A DNA stretch of 64,000 nucleotides from the human T2T-CHM13v2.0 reference genome, Homo sapiens. The notes under the pieces were generated by a model that did not search any database, was not told where the DNA came from, and saw nothing but the letters and a program-made list of their open reading frames with translations. A program made the position numbers and the translations under genes. Location of the stretch: the NCBI RefSeq assembly GCF_009914755.1, contig NC_060942.1; one strand, 5' to 3'. Shown here piece by piece: positions 1 through 12,774 of the stretch. Numbering within the stretch: position 1 is the first letter of the stretch; the number at the start of each line of letters is the position of its first letter.

Positions 1-78
1 TGAGTGTGATTATACTTTATTCTTCTTCTTAGGGTATATTATGTAATATCATGATTTAAAAAAAATACTAGCATTGTC

Positions 79-223
79 TGTGGCCTCAGCTACTTGGAGG
101 GTTGAGGTGGGAGGACCATTTGAGCCCAGAAGATCCAGGGCTGCAGTAAGCAGTGTTGGTGCCACCACACTCCAGCCTGGGTGACAAGGTAAGACCCTGT
201 CTCAAATAAATAAATAAATAAAT
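79..223 (+). mobile_element. Alu right arm (AluJ/FRAM-like)
   Basis: Alu 3' half with (TAAA)n tail. Confidence 0.85.
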
Positions 224-588
224 ATTAGCACTGTCATCTAAAGATCCTATGCTTTGTATTTAATAAGTAGACAACATTTTTTTACCTTTCTATTGCTTTA
301 TAGTCTCAGCAAATAAAAACAATTACTTTATATTAATCTAATAAAAAGAACTATAATGAAGTTGTATATCCCTTTTCCACTATTACCAAAGTAACTTTTT
401 TCAAAAAAAAAACAAAAAAAAAAACGGGAAACATTTCATGACATGAGCTTAAATCTGTAAATTTTCTTTGGGGTCTATGAGGCTAGGGTTATTCCGTGGA
501 GGAAGCACTTAAAAAAAAATCACTTGTACACAGCAAATGGCTCTGAATTGAGGAGGAGAGGGCACCTGAACTACAGTGAGAGACTCAC

Positions 589-699
589 AATGCAAACGCC
601 GTGAACATTACACTCAGCTGCATGGCCGTGGCATTCACAGGGTTGACAAATTCCTCCAAAGAGTATTCCATCCACGCGGTAATAGCCAGAGAGGCACGA
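589..699 (-). CDS. LAMA1: Exon 16 (111 nt), LE: SCLSGYYRVDGILFGGICQPCECHGHAAECNVHGVCI
   Basis: LE pattern. CAG| acceptor, ATT|GTGAGT donor. The gene continues beyond the left edge. Confidence 0.96.
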
Positions 700-779
700 C
701 TGCAAGAGAAGGGAAAGTCATCCTCTTTCCACTACGTTACAAACAGAAACTGCTCAGTTGCCAGAGTACAGAAATGTCT

Positions 780-910
780 TTTTTCTTAAACATCTTAACT
801 GAGGTATCATTTACATGCTACACAATTCACCCATTTTAAGTGTACAATTCAATGACTTTTAGTAAAAACCTTACCGAGCTGTGCAACCATCACCATAATC
901 CAGTTCCTTA
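780..910 (-). mobile_element. Old L1 (L1M) 3' fragment
   Basis: TTTAAGTGTACAATTCAATGA...TGTGCAACCATCACCA. Confidence 0.7.
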
Positions 911-1506
911 TTTCTTTTTAAAGGTAGAAACACACACACAAAAACGTAATGGTTGTGCAATGAGTCTTACGGCCTATTCTTGTTATGGTATTAATATCAA
1001 TATGTTTGTCCAAGTGATTTCAAAATATTTTTAGCAACAGATTACTTTCATTGAGGATTCCAAGCGCATTTTCATATATTTCACATGTAAGGTGGAGCCC
1101 ACCAAAGTAAAATAGCGAGGGGCCATAAAAGGTCTCAAAATAGGGCTGGCTTGTCTAAAGCTACCCAGGTCACATGCTGGTGATTTGTAAATGTTCAGAT
1201 ATGATCAAGTTCCATCCTCCTTAGAAACACAGTCAATGGCATGAGTATTGCAAGTTTCTTGTTGACTAAGGCAAGAGGGCAGCACTAAGTCAGAATATTG
1301 TCCGGTGCTCCAGCCCATTCCTGGTGGAGGAATCTGATTTTTTTAAACAATGTGACTTCTAATATTTCTATTGCCCAAAAAAGACTGAGCCAAACATTGG
1401 GCTGCTAAAGCTAAAAATCAAATGTTTGCCATGACATCCCCTTCAGTGCACTGTTTTCCCCTTAGGAAGGAACGAAAGGAAAAAGACAGGAAGAGAGAAG
1501 CGTCAC

Positions 1507-1618
1507 CTCACAGGAGGTCCCTGTGTAGCCTTGCGGACATTCACAGTGCTCCACATCAGCGGCCACCACCAGGTCGATGGCATTAGAGCTGGCTATGTCC
1601 AGAGAGACGGACTCCAAC
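1507..1618 (-). CDS. LAMA1: Exon 15 (112 nt): RLESVSLDIASSNAIDLVVAADVEHCECPQGYTGTSCE
   Basis: Inside ORF 1462..1677, with motif VEHCECPQGYTGTSCE. TAG| acceptor, GAG|GTGACG donor; phase 2-0. Confidence 0.96.
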
Positions 1619-1707
1619 CTACAAATAGACAGATTGTTATGTGACTCACACGCTCGCAAATACATCTCACATCTCAATGAAGATGGGCTCCTAAAAGATT
1701 TAAATCC

Positions 1708-2046
<339 letters not shown>

Positions 2047-2264
2047 TCACAACAATATATTATCTGGGAGCCATCATTATTCCCTGGAAATGCCTTCAAT
2101 GTTTGGTACAAAGTCATGCTGCTGCCCATAGATGACTGTGGGAAAGGTCTGGTGTTGCCTATTTGGAGTTGAAGCACCTCAGAAAAATTAATCCATTCAA
2201 TTATCACAAATAGAAAGATTACCCTTAAATGTGTCATGCTATGTTTGTGTTAGATGCATACAAC

Positions 2265-2559
2265 TTTTTTTTTTTGAGACAAAGTCTCGTTGTGCTGCCC
2301 CAGCTGGAGTGCAGTGCCTTAACCTCAGCTCACTGCAACGTGCACCTCCTGGGTTCAAATGATTCTCATGCCTCAGCCTCCTGAATAGCTGGGACTACAG
2401 GCATGCGCCACCATGCCTGGCTAATTTTTTGTATTTTTAGTAGAGATGGGGTTTCACCATGTTGGCCAGGCTGGTCTCAAACTCCTGACCTCATGCAATC
2501 CACCTGCCTCGGCCTCCCAAAGTGCTGGGATTACAGGTGTGAGCCACCATGCCCAGCCT
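2265..2559 (-). mobile_element. AluS
   Basis: Full dimer; TSD tgcatacaactttt. Confidence 0.95.
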
Positions 2560-3001
2560 AGCTGCATACAACTTTTATGCTTGGCACGGCATTGCCAGAA
2601 ATTGTCCTCCCGAAAGTAATCAAATGACCAACGATGGATACGTTCACTTAAATGGACTGAGTAAAAGCTAAGACCATTAACATTAGGATGGTGAGAACCA
2701 GGTGCAACATGGTCCAGACAATCGCTAACTCATCGTGCATTTCCCAGAAACCCCCTTTGAAAGTTTCTCATCCTAATGTCAAGTCTGTCTTCTACTGGAT
2801 ACACTTGATGTGGATAACTGTTCTTACGTTTTCAATAAAATTACATTTATAAACTTAATAATTCTTAAGACAGCCAGATCCTGTAGCTGTGTCCTTAATA
2901 TAATGAATGTAAAATACGTTGAGCTTTAAATATATATGAATAAACAAACATAAAATGGAAGTACCTTCACCGTAAGTTTTTCCTCCATTTTCAATACATA
3001 C

Positions 3002-3213
3002 CTGTAAAGAGCCATTTTTGCAGAATTGTAGTTGGCTCTGATCAAAAGATGTGTCACATTGGCAAGGACAGTCATCAGCTGGTCACGATCAATCTGCCTT
3101 TTGCTGTGAAAATCTTGGAAGTTTTCAGGCACAAGTCTAACCACGTTTAGGTACTCTTCATAAGGCTGCAATGACAGACCCTCAGCCTGTGTGCTTAAAG
3201 TGAGTCCGTTTCC
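3002..3213 (-). CDS. LAMA1: Exon 14 (212 nt), L4a: GNGLTLSTQAEGLSLQPYEEYLNVVRLVPENFQDFHSKRQIDRDQLMTVLANVTHLLIRANYNSAKMALY
   Basis: Overlaps ORF 2926..3171. TAG| acceptor, CAG|GTATGT donor; phase 0-2. Confidence 0.96.
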
Positions 3214-3950
3214 CTAACATTTAAAAACAAGAGAAAATATATTTGTCATTCAATTTAATGATAAAATAAAAATAAAATCAAATTTTGTATTCAGCAACGT
3301 GGTTTTTCATTCGTGCCTAGCTTCTTGTGGCAAACGTGTAATGGTGTGTACAGCTCTTGGCCCAGAATTATCAGAGAAAAGGTGTTTCATTGTATTATTT
3401 TTAGAGGGGTTCTGGTAATAAACTGAAAGCCTGTGTACTTCGCTGGGATCTTGGAAAAGAAAGAAAGTCGTGCAGTTGCCCACAGCTTTTATCAAAGCAA
3501 CCCATCTGACACCTCTAATCTTTAACTAAAGTACAGAAGTAGAAAAAGTATGTAAACATAGCTCCAGCTTTTCATCAAGTTGCTGTTCACAAAAGTGATT
3601 TACCGTGTGCGGTCTGCAATTGGTCAGGCTGGAGATGGAGGTGAAGATAGCTCCAGGTGAAAGGACATGAGAGACAAGAACCTGGAGTGGTTTCTGCCCA
3701 GACATGCCCCAGACCCTGGGACATTACCACTTGGGGAGTCCTCCTGACTGAGCTGGATCTTTTTATGGAGACTGAGGATGTGGGGATAGGGACAGAGGCT
3801 GAGGACAAGTATGGCAACACGTCTACTGTCCTCAGACCGCCAAGTACTGCCTAATCCATTCATCTGAGAGGCAAAGTGGCACAGGGAAGAAGAGACTTCA
3901 AAAAGAAGATTCAAGGTCAGAGCAAAAATTTGTCTCCTTTTTACTTAAAA

Positions 3951-4238
3951 TTTTTTTTTTTTTGAGATAGGCTCTCTCTCTGTCACCCAGGTTGGAGTGC
4001 AGTGGTGCAATCACAGCTCACTATAACCTTGAACTCCTGGGCTCAAGCCATCCTCCTGCCTCACCCTCCCGAGTACCTGGGATTACAGGCACGTGCCACG
4101 GTGCCTGGCTAATATTTTTTGAGAGACGGGGGTCTCACTATGTTGCCCAGACTGGTCTCAAACTCCTGGCTTCAAACAATCCTCCTGTCTCAGCCTCCCA
4201 AAGCACTTACATTATAAGCATGAGCCACCAAGCCCAGC
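3951..4238 (-). mobile_element. AluJ
   Basis: Diverged dimer. Confidence 0.9.
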
Positions 4239-4509
4239 TCCCTTTCTTTTTAAATGTGAAAAGATGGGTACACCCTGGAGATGAAGAGAAGAGTGGCGGG
4301 TGCTGTCCTGAGGCAACTCCAGAAATGGGCTCAAAGACAGATTCTCACACTCACCATCTCAGTAGTCCCCACGCAAGTCCAGGGTCTACTGAATGGCCAC
4401 CTGGCCACCAGCTCCTTGCTGGGATGTCCTCACCTAGTAACTTTCAGTCATAAACTATCAGCCCACTAAGCCCTAAGCTCTATAGCAGAATCAAAGCAAA
4501 AACAATCAC

Positions 4510-4611
4510 CTTAATGATGACGTCAGCATGCGACATGAGGTTACTGTCTACCGTCTCTACCGGAATATCGTAGGACACCGTGTATTTCAGGAATCCGCCA
4601 AACGCAGTCAG
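4510..4611 (-). CDS. LAMA1: Exon 13 (102 nt), L4a: LTAFGGFLKYTVSYDIPVETVDSNLMSHADVIIK
   Basis: Manual translation. CAG| acceptor, AAG|GTGATT donor. Confidence 0.96.
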
Positions 4612-6100
4612 CTGAAATGTTTAAGCGAGAATGAACACGAAAGGGGAAGACAATCACAGCAACAATCAAGTAAGAGGAAGTGGTCACTGGGATCCATCTG
4701 CAAACAACTAGGCTACAACTATCCCCTTGACCATGACAGACAAGGAAATTCACATTAAAGGCAGTGAAAGGGGAGTATATTCATAAACATTTTGGTTAAT
4801 CAATATTACCAACATGCAGGACACTGTTTGAAAGCACAGAAGAAAAATGTACTCTTTGTTAGAGACCACAAGGCAAATTACTATAAACTTTTGTTAATCA
4901 CACAATAGATATTTACTTCGGTTAAGTAATTTAGGGGATGAGGAGTTTGACCCATGTCTACAATCTCCACATTTTCATTTCAGCATCCTCCTCATAGGAC
5001 AACAAAGAATATGTCTGATTTGCTAGTTAGAGAAAGGACTAAAGGTGTTTCTTCTGATTAGATGTCCTTCAATATAAAATTAAGATTTTCTTTCTGATGG
5101 GTATATGACAGCAATATATTGTTCAGAACCCAACTTTGCACCATAAAATTGGAGAAGTGATATCAAGAGAAAAAAAAATCATTGAACTCTGTTGATAAAA
5201 TCATATCAATAGAGCACATGTTCTAGGATTATAATTTGAGAAAAAAATAATTTTCAAAAATAAATACTCCTTAAAAATATACAAAACAAGTTTTAAAATG
5301 AAAATATCATCAAATTAAATAGAAGCGTACCAAGCTACAAGACTACACTAGCATGCCTGTATGCCATTACTTTAAAACAAAACAAAACCAAAAACCCGGG
5401 AAGGTAAGCAGGGAGCTATAATAATTGAGATGCATTCTCGGGAATAAATTTTCGTATCAATCAGAATCTGGAGAGATGCGGCATAAGTGGGGAGGGGGGA
5501 ATGGGAACACATCATTGCAAGGAAGGCCCAAGCCTACAAACCAACCTCCACATTGCAGAATCACCAGTTTGCATTTTCTTGAAATATAACAAAAGCAGAA
5601 AGTATTCCATCTGTTCCTAAATGTGAGCTTCAGATGAGCACAGCCTGCCACGGTACTCAAAGTGAGGGAGCAGCACAGCAGTCCCATTGCTGGAACCTTC
5701 CCTGGGTTGTTTCTTGTATGCCAGGCCCTCCACTAAGCCATGGAGGCTCTAAGCTGAGCCTATGGCAAACTAAACAAAGCGGGAATGTGAGGAACACTTC
5801 ATAAACAAGTGATCCAGGGACCCAGAAAGTTTATCTCAGAGACGGGGATGAGACTTCACCAAACACACTGCTCAGGAACCAGACCAGAAGAGCAGAAGTT
5901 CTTATTTGAATAATACAACATAAAGTCTAACAAGGCTAGAAAACCTTCTTTGTATCATCAGATGCAAGTACAGGCTATGAAATGCTGTCCAACACTCAGG
6001 TGCCCTATGAGACTACCTAAAATGCAGGCAGCGCAAGTTCTTTCTCAGTGTTCCCTGAGATCTTCATCTGAGACATCGCTACCTGCAGGGTCACACGCAC

Positions 6101-6274
6101 CTTATTTCCAAGGTAGGCCTCGGGGGCTGCCCAGTAGTACTTGGGAGCCAGTCTCTGCATGACCGCGGTGTTGTTGATGCTGACCTGATGGCGCCCGCCT
6201 AGTGCATCTTGCTGAGACGGGATCTTCCTGGGACTGATCAAGTCGGTGACCAGCCACCCGGACATACTGTTTAC
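6101..6274 (-). CDS. LAMA1: Exon 12 (174 nt), L4a domain: VNSMSGWLVTDLISPRKIPSQQDALGGRHQVSINNTAVMQRLAPKYYWAAPEAYLGNK
   Basis: YW.AP..YLGNK L4 motif. TTTTAAG| acceptor, AAG|GTGCGT donor; phase 0-0. Confidence 0.96.
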
Positions 6275-7332
6275 CTTAAAAACAAATTCAAGAATTTTGA
6301 AGTATGAAATAGAACTTACCTTAGATTTCACCCAGTGCAGCAGTAATATTTTCACAATGAAGAAATGGGCCAGAAAGCTTCTCTAGGGACGGCATTAACA
6401 TAACACCTGTGGCTGCTGAACCTCATGACCCTTGACCCTTCCACTTGTAAAGGACCAGGAGGACCTGAGAACAAGTCTCACTACTCCAAATCCAGATCCA
6501 GTATAAGCAAATAAATGAGCAAAACCATAAAGGCCATGGGTATAGATTTTAGATTTAAAACAACAAAGAACATCATAAATGCATTCAGCAAAATGTCTCT
6601 TGCTAAGTCTGACTCCCTCTTCTTCGTTGCCCCCTGCTTTTTACCCAAATGTTGAAAAATGTACAAAGATAACCTCTAGATCTTATACTCCCAATGCGTC
6701 ACCGACATAGAGGTGATGGTACTCCCCCCAGCGTGGTGTCCACAGCAGTCACTGCTGGGTAAGTCCCTACCGAGCAGCTCCTCCCTTGCCTGCAGCCATC
6801 ACACCATCTCCACCTCTCCTAGCCACCACTGGACACCCCTGTTGAACCCATCACCCCAGAACTCCCTGTTCCGGAAACAACTTGGCCTGCATTCCTAAAC
6901 CCTGCACCACGTGCCGCTGTTCCCACCCTCGCCACTGGAGGGCCTCCTACTCCTTAGCGTCTTTGAGCTGGAAAATCCCCATGGCTCCACGGCCCTCTGG
7001 GCTCCCAGGCCTGAGAGCAGCAGGGGCGGGCGGAGGGAGAGCCGACCTCCCCACCCAATCCATTTCCCCACAGAAGAAATTGAAACAAGACGTGTTCTCT
7101 AGTGCCACATCATCCTGTTTTTTCCATAGAGAAATGTGTGTGGGAGTAAGCACATGACCTATAAAGAATCTTGAGAGGCAGACGGCTGCCTTTGACCCAC
7201 GTCAGTATCATTGCATAGCGATGAGAGTGGTGTCACGGGAAGTCATCCTCATTTCCTCCTCACACAGCTCGTGCCAAGCTTGTGCAATACGACCTGCTCA
7301 TTAAATCCCGCCGCGCAGATGGCGCCTCCCAC

Positions 7333-7473
7333 CTGACCAACAGGCCAAGAGAGGCTGCTGCAGACATCAGAAACGCCAAAGCAGAAGCACTCGGAGCAGC
7401 CCCGGGGGTTTTTTTCCTTCAAGTTATAGAATCCTGGCTTGCAGCGATCACAGGCCTTCCCCTCAACGTTTTC
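7333..7473 (-). CDS. LAMA1: Exon 11 (141 nt): ENVEGKACDRCKPGFYNLKEKNPRGCSECFCFGVSDVCSSLSWPVGQ
   Basis: LE pattern with CFCFG motif before L4a. CAG| acceptor, CAG|GTGGGA donor. Confidence 0.96.
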
Positions 7474-8101
7474 CTGTAAGTTAGGGTAAAAGATTAGCTT
7501 TTGAAACCAATGTGTCTGTCCAGAGAGAATAAAATGACATTAACAAGATAGGTGTTCGGTGATCCACAGAGACAGGTGAATAAACGTCCAAAGTAAAGGT
7601 GAGGCCTCATAAAGTCAATATTTCCAGAATAGAGATTTTGAATTATATATAATTTGATTTTGTACTCAAGAACAAGGCTGGAGATCTTAGAACTCGGTCA
7701 TTCCATTTAAATTGTTTTGTTTTGTTTTAAATTTTTCATTTTTTTACTGATCTTTCCAGCATTTCAAAATCTGAAGAGAGCTATAGAATTTTCTCTTATT
7801 CATAAATGCTCAAGATTATTTCCAGTAGTATATAACATGTGCCTAAGACTGCACAGGTGGGAATAAGCACATAGGTACAATGGAATGTCCTATGAATTAT
7901 GAAGAAATTGTTATTAATATTGTAAGGCCAAATAAAACCCCTCACTGGCACCATATTAATGCATTTCTTATGACTATTCAACTCCTTTTTAACAGACACT
8001 CAAAATAGCATATCTGCGTTTAATTGGTGTTCTCAGAAATTTAATGTTAATCTGGTTCTCTTCCGAATACAAAGCTGGAAAAGAATACCATAGAATTAAG
8101 C

Positions 8102-8271
8102 TAGGGGTCAACAGCATCTCTTTTGCAACTACTCAACTCAGCCTTTATTGGTTGAACATAGTCATAGAAAATACATAAGCAAATGGATACAGCTCTGTTC
8201 CAATAAAACTTTATTCACAAAACAGGCAGTGTGTCAGATTTGGCCCACGAGCCATAGTTTACCAAGTCCTG
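8102..8271 (+). mobile_element. MER58A, internally deleted second copy
   Basis: TAGGGGTCAACA start; CCAATAAAACTTTATT core; same 3' flank as the 8813 copy. Confidence 0.75.
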
Positions 8272-8598
8272 GTTTAAAGAAAGAAAACAGAGATGAGGCC
8301 CACAGAGGAGGTGGGAATATAAAGGTATGCAGTGTTTGGTGTCCTCTAAGAAGTCACAGAAATGCCTCTGGAATATATCACCATTACCAGAGGTACAAAA
8401 AAAGAAGCCAGATGCCCATGTGAGTCCAAGCATATATAATACAGCCAACTCGGTGTGGCTTGGAGAAAAGGGGCAAGGGGAGTTCTGCTTAAACCTTACC
8501 ACTTTGCTCAAGAACTGATCATTGGAGCCAATGGAAAACACTCCTTTTCCAGAGAAGCTCAAAGGAAGCTCAGGGGTGTCTCTGACCTCCCCACTTAC

Positions 8599-8759
8599 CT
8601 TACAAACACAGGGCCCTGTGCAGGGCTCATCACTGGCACTGCCCACTGGGTTGCACCCACAGGAGACACAGGTCGGGTAATCCTTATAGCCAAGTTGGCA
8701 GCGATCACATTTTTCTCCTGTATAACCTTCCTTACATGGGCACTGACCTGGCTGCTTCC
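8599..8759 (-). CDS. LAMA1: Exon 10 (161 nt), LE repeats: GKQPGQCPCKEGYTGEKCDRCQLGYKDYPTCVSCGCNPVGSASDEPCTGPCVCK
   Basis: Inside ORF 8215..8799. TAG| acceptor, AAG|GTAAGT donor; phase 1-0. Confidence 0.97.
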
Positions 8760-8812
8760 CTAGAAAGACAACAATGGCAATGACCCAACATGAAGGCAAA
8801 AGAGGTTTAAAG

Positions 8813-9035
8813 CAGGGGTTGGCAAATGTTTTCTGTAAAGGGTCAGAGGGTATCTATTTTAGGCTTTTTGGCCTCAGAGTCTCATTTGCAGCTGCTCAGC
8901 TCAGCCATTATTGTTCGAACACAGCCATAGAGAATACACAGGCAAATGGCTATATCTCCATTCCAATAAAACTTTATTCATAAGAACAGACAGTGTGCTG
9001 GATTTGGCCCATGGGCCATAGTTTGCCAATTCCTT
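8813..9035 (+). mobile_element. MER58A (hAT-Charlie), near full length
   Basis: TIRs CAGGGGTTGGCAAA...TTTGCCAATTCCTT; 8-bp TSD GTTTAAAG at 8805-8812 and 9036-9043. Confidence 0.85.
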
Positions 9036-9074
9036 GTTTAAAGAAAGAAAACAGAGATGAAACCCGTGGAGGGA

Positions 9075-9690
9075 GCTGGGAATATAAAATGGTAGAGTGA
9101 CTTTGGAAAACCTTTTGACACTTCTTCAAAATGTTAAGTTATAGAGTTGCCATAAGATCCAGCAACTGCACTCCTAAGTAAACACCCAATAAAATAATGA
9201 AAACATACACCCACAAAAGTCCCTAGTAGCATTGTTCATAATGGCCCCAAAGTAGAAACAATTCAAATGTTCATCAACTGATGAATGGATATATGAAACA
9301 TGGTATGTCCATACTATGAAATATTATTTGGTAATAAAAAGGGTTGAAATACTGATACATGGTACAACACGGATGACCTTGAAAACATTATACTAAATGA
9401 AAGAAGCCAGTCACCAAAAACCAACATATATGGTTCCATTTCTAAGTTCAGAATAGGTAAATCTGCAAAGAAAAAGGTAATTAACGATTGCCAGGGGCCG
9501 GGAGAATGGGCTGGAGGAAAGTAAGAAGTGACAGCTAGTTTGTAAGGGGCTTCTTTATGGGATGATGAAAATGTTCGACTCTTAGATTGTGGTGATGGTT
9601 GCACCAATACACCAAAACAATGAATTGTAGACTTCAAATGGGAGAACTGTATCGTTGTAAATTATAAAACTGTTTTGTAAAAAAAAAAAA
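9075..9690 (+). mobile_element. L1M (MB/ME) 3' end
   Basis: GGGAATATAAAATGG...TGGATGAATGGAT-like...AGAAGCCAGTCAC...A tail. Confidence 0.75.
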
Positions 9691-9879
9691 GCACAGAGGC
9701 AAGTGGCAGAGAGCAGCAAGCACTATCTTTGCTTTTAATGTCAGTTTTGAAACCTTCAGGCAGTTAACCTTCTTGACTGCTCTGAGCTACAGCAAAGTGG
9801 GTTAAGTAATTTCTATCTGCTATGGTTGCAAAGTTTAAATGATATATTTTTTTAAATGAACTCAATTGAGGGTAAATGT

Positions 9880-9925
9880 CACCACCACTATCACCATCAT
9901 CATCTTCATTATTATCATCATCATC
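9880..9925 (+). repeat. (CAC/CAT)n degenerate trinucleotide repeat
   Basis: Seen directly. Confidence 0.75.
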
Positions 9926-10289
9926 CCCTCACCAGGTGCACGTAAGAATCAATTCAGTTGGGTAATTTACCCTCCCCATCGCTGGGGGGCCCACCCATCC
10001 CTACTGGTCGATATCCATTTTAACTGCCAGTGGCTGAGAACTTGATGGGGTCACAAGAGTCTTTGAACAGACGCAACCTATTCAGGAGACTCTGGTATTT
10101 GCAAGTCAATTTGCCAGTTTTTGAAACGGAAAGAGAACTCTGACATTTACCAAGTTAATGGGAGGACTTGCTTGATCTGTGAGATGATTTATGCAAAAGC
10201 CCTCCAAATGTCTTCTAAAAGCTAAGGAGAGCAATTGCTATTTACTGTGTTCCACGCATGGCTTTAAACTGGGCCTTATTTCTTCCTTC

Positions 10290-10565
10290 ACCAAATGCTC
10301 AATTATCTGCTCAAATGTCATTTCATCACCCCAACATTGTCACCTCATTACCCCATCTCCCTCCATTCATGAGTCCTAATTTTGCTTTATGTCCATGACA
10401 CTACCTCTCGACCTGGCATTATATTACCCATGTACCTGTTTGTTTAGTGTTTTTGTGAGCAAGGACTTTGACTACCTTGTTAAGTACACATTCCCAGGTC
10501 CTCAAAAACTGCCTGACACATAGTAGGTGCTTGATACGTACTTGGTGAACAAAAGAATCAATAAT
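10290..10565 (+). mobile_element. L2 3' end
   Basis: TGCCTGACACATAGTAGGTGCTTGATA...GAATCAAT. Confidence 0.6.
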
Positions 10566-10664
10566 CATGTTACCAACTGGCTATTACCATTAGTTCCAGT
10601 ATGTGCAAATCTTCCACACACACACAAAATCAATTACAAGCACAAAAGTGAATCAAGTACTTAC

Positions 10665-10770
10665 CATTGTGTAAGTCAGAATGGAGGTCATCCTTAATAC
10701 AGACAGAACTGAGGGACCCCACAGGGTCACAATTACAGGGGCGGCAAGGCTCATCCTCATAAGGAGACAC
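10665..10770 (-). CDS. LAMA1: Exon 9 (106 nt): VSPYEDEPCRPCNCDPVGSLSSVCIKDDLHSDLHN
   Basis: Inside ORF 10630..10827. CAG| acceptor, ATG|GTAAGT donor; phase 0-1. Confidence 0.96.
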
Positions 10771-11044
10771 CTGAAAGGCAGAGGTTGCCCTGGATTCTCT
10801 TACTAGAAATAACAGCAATGTTGGCAATAGTATAAATAAGAAGGTATTGGCTTTTTACTCAAGATGGGACTATTACGATGATTTTGTGCATGGGGGTGGG
10901 GGTTAGGTTTGAGGAAGATAAGGTGATCCCAAGCCAGGAAGCCCAAACATCTTTTTGATGGTGGCAGTAGTTAGTACCCTTAGCAAAGTGTCATCTTTTT
11001 CTATTATCCCTGCTCTCCAGCCCCCCTCGCGCTGCTGTCTCTCA

Positions 11045-11442
<398 letters not shown>

Positions 11443-11746
11443 CTACAGGCAAGAGACAGCTGCTTTAGTTATAGCTGAATTTTCACATCTGTAGTTAGTA
11501 TTATGACCCAGGATTACATAGCTAATGGACCCCTGAATTCAAGATAAATAACAATGACTGACATCTTATTTTGAGCAAGAAAAGCAGGATAGAGTAGGAA
11601 ATATATATATAAAAACACTACTGGCATAACAAGGATATAAATGAAATATTACAAAAGTCTCCAATACAGAGGTTAAGACTTGACAAAGTCTCTTTTCCAC
11701 CTGGGGAAGATGATGAAGATCAGCAATGGCAAAGAAATACTCTTAC

Positions 11747-11925
11747 TTTGTGTGGTCTATAATATCCATCAATACAGGTTTCACAGTTGATTCCCATGGT
11801 GTTCTGCAAGCAATTTATGCAAACCCCTCCTCCTCTGAACTGTCCAGCAGTATTCAAACTTTTCTTCTGCTTTGCAACACTTTCATCATAGTAACAGTCT
11901 TTGGCTTTATTGTGACAATTACATG
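11747..11925 (-). CDS. LAMA1: Exon 8 (179 nt), LE repeat: ACNCHNKAKDCYYDESVAKQKKSLNTAGQFRGGGVCINCLQNTMGINCETCIDGYYRPHK
   Basis: LE cysteine pattern. TAG| acceptor, AAA|GTAAGA donor; phase 1-0. Confidence 0.96.
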
Positions 11926-12393
11926 CTAGGAGAATATTTTTAACATCTCAATTAATTTACATAGCATGCCTTATACAAAGAAAACTCTTAACCTCCCTAA
12001 GTAAGTTCTATGATTTTAGATTAAATTAAAATCCTAGAATAAGTAATTTTAATAAGATATGGGCAGTATTATGGAGGACAATTGGGAAGAGCTATTAATA
12101 TCAAAATAATAAATGCACATACCCATTTGACCCAGCAAACCATCTCCTGGGATTATATTTCGCAGAAGTACTTGCCCACTTGAGAAGGACACATACAGGG
12201 TTAATCACTGCACCATTGTTTGTGTGGACAACAGACTAATAACCATCAAAATAACCGCCGATAGGTGGTTGTTTAATAAATTATACTACATTTGTATAAT
12301 GGAATTCTGTGCAACTGTTTTTAAAAACAGCATTTCTAATTGCTAATATGGAAAGAATTTCACAATACATTGTTAAATATAAAAAGCGATGTG

Positions 12394-12774
<381 letters not shown>

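Noticed and set aside
3992-4453. 153-aa ORF, and the many similar ORFs (e.g. 23727, 27444, 29340, 36174, 46502, 61064, 61360)
   Set aside because: They translate Alu sequence ([35 protein letters not shown]) and have no splice or domain support.
10630-10665. Exon 9 read-through (GKYLIHFCACN-stop) as a second short isoform
   Set aside because: An 11-codon extension is expected by chance, the donor is strong, and I saw no poly(A) signal adjacent to the stop.
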